Assembly (NCBI GenBank): GCA_000175855.1
Contig: ACYB01000036.1
Location: 1-32,000 of the forward strand
Direction of reading: 5' to 3'
DNA length: 32,000 nucleotides
From: Raphidiopsis brookii D9
GTDB lineage: Bacteria; Cyanobacteriota; Cyanobacteriia; Cyanobacteriales; Nostocaceae
Shown here: one piece after another, positions 25,947 through 32,000 of the stretch
How positions within the stretch are numbered: position 1 is the stretch's first letter
Layout: the number at the start of each line of letters is the position of its first letter
The notes under the pieces: model-generated
Databases searched by the model: none
The model's input: the letters and a program-made list of their open reading frames with translations, nothing else
Told to the model about the DNA's origin: nothing
Program-made: the position numbers and the translations under genes

Positions 25947-28088
25947 ATGGCTGAAGAATTGAACTTTCAAGGCAATAGTAGTGATCAGCTTCCTCCCCAA
26001 AACATCGAAGCGGAAGAGGCTATTTTGGGCGGTATTCTTTTGGATCCAGAAGCTATGGGTAGAATCAGGGATCGTCTTCTTCCCCAAGCGTTTTATGTTA
26101 ATTCCCATAGAGAAATTTATCAAGCAGCAATAATTCTTAATAACCAAAATAAACCAACCGACTTACTTTCCCTAACAGAGTGGTTAACTGGCAATGACAA
26201 ATTAAATCGTATTGGAGGTAGAAATAAACTAGCTACCTTGATAGACCGCACCGTATCATCAGTAAATATTGATATGTTAGCGGATTTAGTCATGGATAAG
26301 TATCTGCGCAGACAATTAATTAAAGCAGGTAATGAAATTGTCAAATTAGGATTTGAGACCCAGACAGAATTACCAATAGTTTTAGATCAAGCAGAGCAGA
26401 AGGTTTTTGGAATTACCCAAGAAAAACCCCAGGAGGGACTAGTTCACATTTCGGATACCCTAGTGCATACCTTTCAGGAAATTGAAACCCGTCATGAAGG
26501 AGTTGCTTTACCGGGTATTCCTAGTGGTTTTTATGATTTGGACGCTATGACCAGTGGTTTTCAGCGTTCTGATTTAATTATCGTCGCGGGTAGACCTTCT
26601 ATGGGGAAGTGTGTAAGTTATGACTCAGAAATAGTCTTAGCAGATGGAGAAATTGTCACCATTGAGGAGCTATACTACCGAAAGGAAGGTATGGTATTAA
26701 CTTTAAACCGAAATTGGAAATTTAGTTTTACTCAACCCTGTGGATTTGTCAACGATGGCATAAAACCAGTTTTTCGGGTGACAACTGCATTAGGTCGTTC
26801 TATTGAGACCACTATTACTCATCCTTACTTGACCCCAACCGGGTGGCAAAAGTTAGCAGATCTCCAACCAGGTGCTAAAATAGCAGTTCCCGCTCAAATA
26901 AATGTCTTTGGTAAGGAAAAAATTGAGGATGATCAACTTAAGCTCATGGCCCATTGTTTGGGAAATGGCAATATGGAGAAAACCATACCTCCCATAGTTT
27001 TTAAATTAGGGCGATCGCAAATAGCCTTATTTTTAAATCAGTTATTAAAATTACAGACAACCTATAAAACAAACCAAGAGAAACTAGCAAGACAGATTCA
27101 ACATTTATTATTAAGATTTGGCATAATTGCCAGATTAAAAAAAGGCTATAACAAAGAGCAAACTAACCAAACCACTTGGCAATTAGAAATTATAGAACCC
27201 CTGAGCATCCAGAGATTAGAGATTGGTGTGATAGCACAAACATTAGAGCCATTAGAGCTAATAGAAACCCAGACAGACTGTGACATTTACTGGGATGAAA
27301 TCATAGCCATTGAGAACTTAGGGGAAAAACAGGTCTATGACCTAACCATACCACATACTCATAACTTTATAGCCAATGATATTTGTGTGCATAACACTGC
27401 ATTTTGTTTAAATCTAGCCCACAACATTGCCATAGGTTATAAATTACCGGTAGCAGTGTTCAGTTTAGAAATGTCCAAAGAGCAGCTAGTACAAAGATTA
27501 TTAGCTAGCGAGGCCCAAATTGAAACCGGTTATTTAAGAAGTGGGAGGATTAGTCAAACCCAATGGGAACCTCTAAGTCGTGCTATCAGTTTGCTATCAG
27601 AAATGCCCGTTTTTATTGATGACACCCCCAATATTACCATCACCCAAATGCGGAGTCAAGCTAGAAAACTACAAGCACAACAGAATTCAAAACTAGGTCT
27701 AATCGTTATAGACTACCTGCAACTAATGGAAGGTGCAGGAGACAATCGTGTACAGGAATTATCCAAAATTACCCGTTCTCTCAAGGGTTTAGCCAGGGAA
27801 TTATCAGTTCCCATAATTGCCCTATCTCAGTTGAGTAGAAGTGTGGAAGCTAGAACTAATAAACGTCCCATGTTGTCAGACCTGCGAGAATCTGGTTCCA
27901 TTGAACAAGATGCGGATTTAGTTATTATGCTTTACCGTGAAGAATATTATGCACCCGATACCCCCGATCGCGGTATAGCAGAAGTTATTATTGCCAAACA
28001 TCGCAATGGTCCCACAGGAACAGTCAAACTTCTATTTGACCCCCAATTTACAAAATTTAAAAATCTAGCCAAACCTAAGACTTATTAA
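25947..28088 (+). CDS. dnaB: Replicative DNA helicase DnaB, interrupted in-frame by an intein in the Walker A loop
   Basis: It has the N-terminal domain PPQNIEAEEAILGGILLDPE, Walker A GRPSMGK|...|TAF split by the insert, Walker B IVIDYLQLM, and SQLSRSVE, RESGSIEQDADL, IAKHRNGPTG. The extein total is 451 aa. Confidence 0.95.
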   Translation: MAEELNFQGNSSDQLPPQNIEAEEAILGGILLDPEAMGRIRDRLLPQAFYVNSHREIYQAAIILNNQNKPTDLLSLTEWLTGNDKLNRIGGRNKLATLIDRTVSSVNIDMLADLVMDKYLRRQLIKAGNEIVKLGFETQTELPIVLDQAEQKVFGITQEKPQEGLVHISDTLVHTFQEIETRHEGVALPGIPSGFYDLDAMTSGFQRSDLIIVAGRPSMGKCVSYDSEIVLADGEIVTIEELYYRKEGMVLTLNRNWKFSFTQPCGFVNDGIKPVFRVTTALGRSIETTITHPYLTPTGWQKLADLQPGAKIAVPAQINVFGKEKIEDDQLKLMAHCLGNGNMEKTIPPIVFKLGRSQIALFLNQLLKLQTTYKTNQEKLARQIQHLLLRFGIIARLKKGYNKEQTNQTTWQLEIIEPLSIQRLEIGVIAQTLEPLELIETQTDCDIYWDEIIAIENLGEKQVYDLTIPHTHNFIANDICVHNTAFCLNLAHNIAIGYKLPVAVFSLEMSKEQLVQRLLASEAQIETGYLRSGRISQTQWEPLSRAISLLSEMPVFIDDTPNITITQMRSQARKLQAQQNSKLGLIVIDYLQLMEGAGDNRVQELSKITRSLKGLARELSVPIIALSQLSRSVEARTNKRPMLSDLRESGSIEQDADLVIMLYREEYYAPDTPDRGIAEVIIAKHRNGPTGTVKLLFDPQFTKFKNLAKPKTY
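26610..27395 (+). mobile_element. DnaB intein (262 aa) with intact splicing blocks and a degenerate LAGLIDADG-like remnant
   Basis: It begins with Cys (CVSYDSEIVLADG, block A). Block B is GRSIETTITHPYLT, block F is VYDLTIPHTHNFIAND, and it ends ICVHN followed by Thr(+1). It is inserted exactly between GRPSMGK and TAF. Confidence 0.9.
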
Positions 28089-28169
28089 AGAAAATCTGGA
28101 TTTACCGAAACCGCATAATCCGCATGAAAACTTGTCTAATCTATCTTTATCTCCGGTTGTCTTGACAAT

Positions 28170-28781
28170 TCAACTAGTAACTGCTTGATATAAGATAGCC
28201 AAAATTTTATTTAACTCTTTAATGTAATAGTTATTGAGGTCAATAAGTATTTCTCCTTCCATTAGTTTTAAAAATTTCCAAATGTCTCCCGTTGTGACAG
28301 CTCCATAAATGGTTTTAATCTCACAAGTAAGTTCATTAGATTGCTGTTGATTGAATAGCTGTGCTGCTAACATTGTAGCTGCACATTGGCCTAATCCAGA
28401 TTTAATGTTTTCATTTTTCGCCTCGACAATAATCACTATGGGAGCATTAACTATTAACTGCTCTTTGGAACGACTGATGATGAAGTCACAATAACCGTTT
28501 AAACCTTTTTCAATATCAACATTAAAATCAGTCCCAGAAAATAAACTAATTTGATAATTGGCTCTGCGTCTTATTTCTAGTAAAATGGGTGTAATGATCA
28601 TTTCTGACCGTGCCTTTTCAGTATTTATTGCTAATGCCATTTCCATTGTTTCCCCCAGGGTACTAGTTAATTTATCACTAGCATCCAGCGGTTCAATACT
28701 GGCAAATAAATCCGGATTTTCATCAATTTTGATGTGGAATTTGTTTCTAAATTGGGTCAAAGTGAAATCGCTGTAAGCCAT
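28170..28781 (-). CDS. Hypothetical protein with a PD-(D/E)xK nuclease-like core (resembles the HsdR N-terminal-type restriction endonuclease fold)
   Basis: 203-aa ORF. The motif arrangement GYCDFIIS ... PIVIIVEAKNENI ... GQC fits a D...(E)xK nuclease core. The assignment rests on motif recognition only. Confidence 0.4.
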   Translation of the reverse strand: MAYSDFTLTQFRNKFHIKIDENPDLFASIEPLDASDKLTSTLGETMEMALAINTEKARSEMIITPILLEIRRRANYQISLFSGTDFNVDIEKGLNGYCDFIISRSKEQLIVNAPIVIIVEAKNENIKSGLGQCAATMLAAQLFNQQQSNELTCEIKTIYGAVTTGDIWKFLKLMEGEILIDLNNYYIKELNKILAILYQAVTS

Positions 28782-28917
28782 TTTCCTCCTTTTTGGTTGC
28801 GGATTCCATTAGCAGTCAATTTATTGTTAACTCGTTTTTAAGCTACTATTAACTTACTATTAAACTATTATTAGTTTATCACTAGTCTATTATAGGAATC
28901 CTGGAAATACACTAATT

Positions 28918-30846
28918 ATGGAAAGTGCTGTTCAAAATGCTATTCAAAATAATGTTGCCTTTCAAGATGCTTATGATGTAATTGTAGTAGGTGCAGGTCA
29001 TGCTGGTTGTGAAGCAGCTTTAGCTGTTGCTCGTCTTGGTTGTCCTACTCTATTATTGACCCTGAATCTGGATAAAATTGCTTGGCAACCATGTAATCCA
29101 GCGGTGGGAGGCCCGGCCAAATCCCAACTCACCCATGAAGTGGATGCTCTAGGTGGGGAAATTGGTAAAATGGCAGACCGTACCTACCTGCAAAAACGAG
29201 TCCTTAACTCCTCCCGAGGACCAGCAGTTTGGGCCCTACGAGCTCAAACTGATAAACGTGAATATGCAGCTGTGATGAAGGGAATTGTGGAAAACCAAGA
29301 GAACCTGACCATTCGGGAAGGTATGGTAACCGACTTAGTTTTAGGCAAAAACGATGAAATAATTGGCGTGGAAACCTATTTTGGTGTAGCTTTTGCATGT
29401 AAAGCTGTGATTTTAACTACAGGGACTTTTTTAGGAGGGAGAATTTGGGTAGGAAATAAATCCATGGAAGCTGGTCGAGCAGGAGAATTTGCAGCAGTGG
29501 GTTTAACAGCAACTCTCAACCGCTTGGGTTTTGAAACCGGAAGATTAAAAACTGGAACTCCCGCACGGGTGGATAAAAGGTCTGTGGATTATAGCAAAAT
29601 GGAAATCCAACCAGGAGACGAAGAAGTCCGTTGGTTTAGTTTTGACCCGCAAGTATGGTTGGAAAAAGAGCAAATTCCCTGTTACATGACCCGCACTACT
29701 CCAGAAACCCATCGTCTCATTCAAGAAAATCTAGGTCTATCTCCCGTATATGGAGGTTGGGTGGATGCTAAAGGTCCTCGTTATTGTCCCAGTATCGAGG
29801 ATAAGATAGTCCGGTTCGCAGACAAGGAAAGTCACCAGATATTTATTGAACCGGAAGGAAGAGATATACCGGAACTTTATATTCAGGGTTTTTCCACGGG
29901 ATTACCAGAAACTTTGCAAATCCTCATGTTGAGAAGTCTTCCTGGTTTGGAAAAATGTGTGATGTTACGTCCAGCTTATGCTGTAGAGTATGACTACTTG
30001 CCCGCAACTCAATGTTACCCATCCTTAATGACTAAAAAAATACAAGGACTTTTTTGTGCTGGACAAATTAATGGCACGACGGGTTATGAAGAGGCAGCTG
30101 CTCAAGGATTAGTGGCGGGCATTAATGCAGTTCAGTTTGTTCAAGGTCGAGAAATGGTGATTTTTCCCCGAGAACAAAGTTATATTGGCACTTTAATTGA
30201 TGATTTGTGCACGAAGGATTTACGAGAACCCTATCGCATGCTCACCAGTCGCTCAGAATATCGGTTATTACTAAGGTCTGATAACGCAGATCAACGTATG
30301 ACTCCCCTGGGAAGAGCAATAGGTCTAATTGATGACAGAAGATGGAATTTGTTTACTAGAAAACAAGAACACATTATTGGGGAAAAGGAAAGACTCCATT
30401 CCACCAGAATCAAGGAGCATGAGGATATTGGTAGGTTGATTACTCAACATACTCAACAGGTTATTAAGGGTTCAATCACCCTCGTAGATCTGTTGCGTCG
30501 TCCAGAAATCCATTATCTTGATTTGGAAAGATACGGACTCGGTAATCCCCATCTCCATGCAGCGGAAAAAGAGGGTGCGGAAATAGATATTAAGTATTCT
30601 GGGTATTTGGCCAGACAGCAAAACCAAATCGACCAAATCGCTCGTCAAGCAAATCGCCATCTACCCCCCAATTTGGATTATGATTCTATTACTACTCTTT
30701 CTAAAGAAGCTAGGGAGAAACTCACCACAGTTAAACCTCTCACGATTGGACAAGCATCGCGCATTGGAGGAGTAAATCCTGCTGACATTAATGCTCTACT
30801 TATCTATTTGGAAACTAGAAAAAATTTGACTACATCCCCCCACTAA
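28918..30846 (+). CDS. mnmG: tRNA uridine-5-carboxymethylaminomethyl(34) synthesis enzyme MnmG (GidA)
   Basis: 642-aa ORF with FAD-binding [16 protein letters not shown], then [27 protein letters not shown] and [19 protein letters not shown]. Confidence 0.97.
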   Translation: MESAVQNAIQNNVAFQDAYDVIVVGAGHAGCEAALAVARLGCPTLLLTLNLDKIAWQPCNPAVGGPAKSQLTHEVDALGGEIGKMADRTYLQKRVLNSSRGPAVWALRAQTDKREYAAVMKGIVENQENLTIREGMVTDLVLGKNDEIIGVETYFGVAFACKAVILTTGTFLGGRIWVGNKSMEAGRAGEFAAVGLTATLNRLGFETGRLKTGTPARVDKRSVDYSKMEIQPGDEEVRWFSFDPQVWLEKEQIPCYMTRTTPETHRLIQENLGLSPVYGGWVDAKGPRYCPSIEDKIVRFADKESHQIFIEPEGRDIPELYIQGFSTGLPETLQILMLRSLPGLEKCVMLRPAYAVEYDYLPATQCYPSLMTKKIQGLFCAGQINGTTGYEEAAAQGLVAGINAVQFVQGREMVIFPREQSYIGTLIDDLCTKDLREPYRMLTSRSEYRLLLRSDNADQRMTPLGRAIGLIDDRRWNLFTRKQEHIIGEKERLHSTRIKEHEDIGRLITQHTQQVIKGSITLVDLLRRPEIHYLDLERYGLGNPHLHAAEKEGAEIDIKYSGYLARQQNQIDQIARQANRHLPPNLDYDSITTLSKEAREKLTTVKPLTIGQASRIGGVNPADINALLIYLETRKNLTTSPH

Positions 30847-31167
30847 TGATGAAGTTAATGTCCTAATTATATACTGGGTGTACTTAATCTTGGGTGGTAT
30901 TAGTTAGTATCCGGATAAAAATTGCCAGAACTGGAAAGCAATAAGCAATATATGAACCGGTTCAAGAGATGGATTTTTAATTTTTCTGGCGTTGCACCAG
31001 TGTTGAATCTAATATGGTAAGTGTTGTACCGTAGGTATGAAGGGTTGAATTTGGCTATTTCGCCATCCCTGGTCATGAGCAGGATGTCGTGTCATACTTC
31101 ACCCAATCCTAGGTTACCTAGATATATTTTGCCTAATAGTGTACACATTTTGGAAGTGAGTCCTGCG

Positions 31168-32000
31168 ATGGTTAAACTCCGTCAATCTTCCTTTAGACGA
31201 ATTTTAGTAACCAGAATATTACTGGTCTTTGTTCCAGTTTTATTAATTGGGGAAATAGCTGCACTGAATAAAGCACGTTCAAGCTTGCTAAATAATGTTA
31301 GGCAAAATTTAATTGATAGTGCGATTAATAAAGGAGAGAAAATTACAGATGCGATCGCCACCCTAGAAAGCAATTTACTGACAGCTACTCAGACTCAAGC
31401 GATAAAATCTGGGTCAGTTATAGAAGCGGAAAAATTAATCAAACAAATCAAGAGATTATTGCCCAATCAAATTGATTGTATTCAACTCAATCATCTTGAT
31501 AATAGGGATGAGAGGAATCTGGTGATTGCTAGTAGCTGTGGAAATCAACCTTTGATAGAAAATAATATGTCATGGATTAATAGTCAATTTTCTGGTGGAA
31601 TTAGTCATCAGGTTCACATTACCCCATTTTTACCATTGAAATCGAGAATTACTGGTAAACATCCTAGAGGAAACCAATTGGAATTAGTTTTGTCAGCACC
31701 AGTGTATAATCAGCGGGGAAATTTGGCTTATGTTTTAATTATTAAAACCACACTACACCGAGAAATGGAAAATCAACGAGGTTCCCTTATTGGTGCTTTA
31801 GTAGTAATTAGTGAAGATGGGACTATTCTGGCCCACCCATCTTTAGAAACCATAGGAACTAATATTAATAAATATACAGATTTGCAGCAGTTAAAAGGAG
31901 TTATTAAAGATGCTCTTGAGGGTAATAATAACTCCATAAATTTTCATTTTAGCGACGGAGAGGACTCGGTAGCTGGGTATACAGCTATTCCCAATCCTAT
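31168..32000 (+). CDS. Membrane sensor protein with an N-terminal TM helix and a Cache-like extracytoplasmic domain; 5' partial, continues beyond the window
   Basis: An open frame runs from ATG 31168 to the window end with no stop. It is not in the ORF track, presumably because it has no stop. It reads MVKLRQSSFRRILVTRILLVFVPVLLIGEIAALNKAR... then ...LVLSAPVYNQRGNLAYVLIIKT...GALVVISEDGTILAHPS, typical of dCache/Cache sensor modules. Confidence 0.6.
   Translation, partial: MVKLRQSSFRRILVTRILLVFVPVLLIGEIAALNKARSSLLNNVRQNLIDSAINKGEKITDAIATLESNLLTATQTQAIKSGSVIEAEKLIKQIKRLLPNQIDCIQLNHLDNRDERNLVIASSCGNQPLIENNMSWINSQFSGGISHQVHITPFLPLKSRITGKHPRGNQLELVLSAPVYNQRGNLAYVLIIKTTLHREMENQRGSLIGALVVISEDGTILAHPSLETIGTNINKYTDLQQLKGVIKDALEGNNNSINFHFSDGEDSVAGYTAIPNP

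Noticed and set aside
28844-28872. Direct repeats TACTATTAA x2 (plus a partial third) upstream of mnmG, considered as a possible oriC/DnaA-box cluster because gidA and dnaB are often near origins.
   Set aside because: The repeats do not resemble DnaA boxes (TTATCCACA or TTTTCCACA). No dnaA or dnaN is nearby, and cyanobacterial origins are not reliably linked to mnmG.

Overview
This window looks like a cyanobacterial chromosome segment. The evidence is 13 HIP1 octamers (GCGATCGC), a FurA-type Fur with an HHHHH motif, a DUF29 gene and Csc-type type I-D cas genes. A Nostocales-like, AT-rich genome is an inference only. All product names come from motif recognition by eye; I could not run BLAST, HMM or covariance-model searches.

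Most of the window is housekeeping: a BchH/ChlH-like chelatase (partial), a cell-wall amidase, ilvD, lipA, gpsA, a group-2 sigma-70 factor, fur, cobN, a DICT-GAF histidine kinase, nanE, rplI, intein-containing dnaB, mnmG and a partial Cache-type sensor.

Accessory content:
1. A compact cas7(csc2)-cas5(csc1)-cas6 operon at 3325..5767 (minus strand). It is read divergently from a WYL-domain regulator gene (6127..7042). It has no cas10d, cas3, cas4/1/2 or CRISPR array anywhere in the window. This orphan, nuclease-less, type I-D-derived Cascade core is the most interesting candidate system.
2. A single-chain MmeI-family Type IIL restriction-modification gene (14173..17034) between fur and cobN.
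3. A 262-aa intein with a decayed homing-endonuclease remnant in the DnaB P-loop.
4. An HPF/RaiA-cold-shock-domain fusion protein.

Major caveat: at least five conserved genes (chelatase, WYL regulator, gpsA, nanE, DUF3318-like) are broken by single-base frameshifts. Four of these sit exactly in A8, G5 or G6 homopolymers. That points to homopolymer indel errors in the assembly, or less likely to real gene decay, and it affects every interpretation here.
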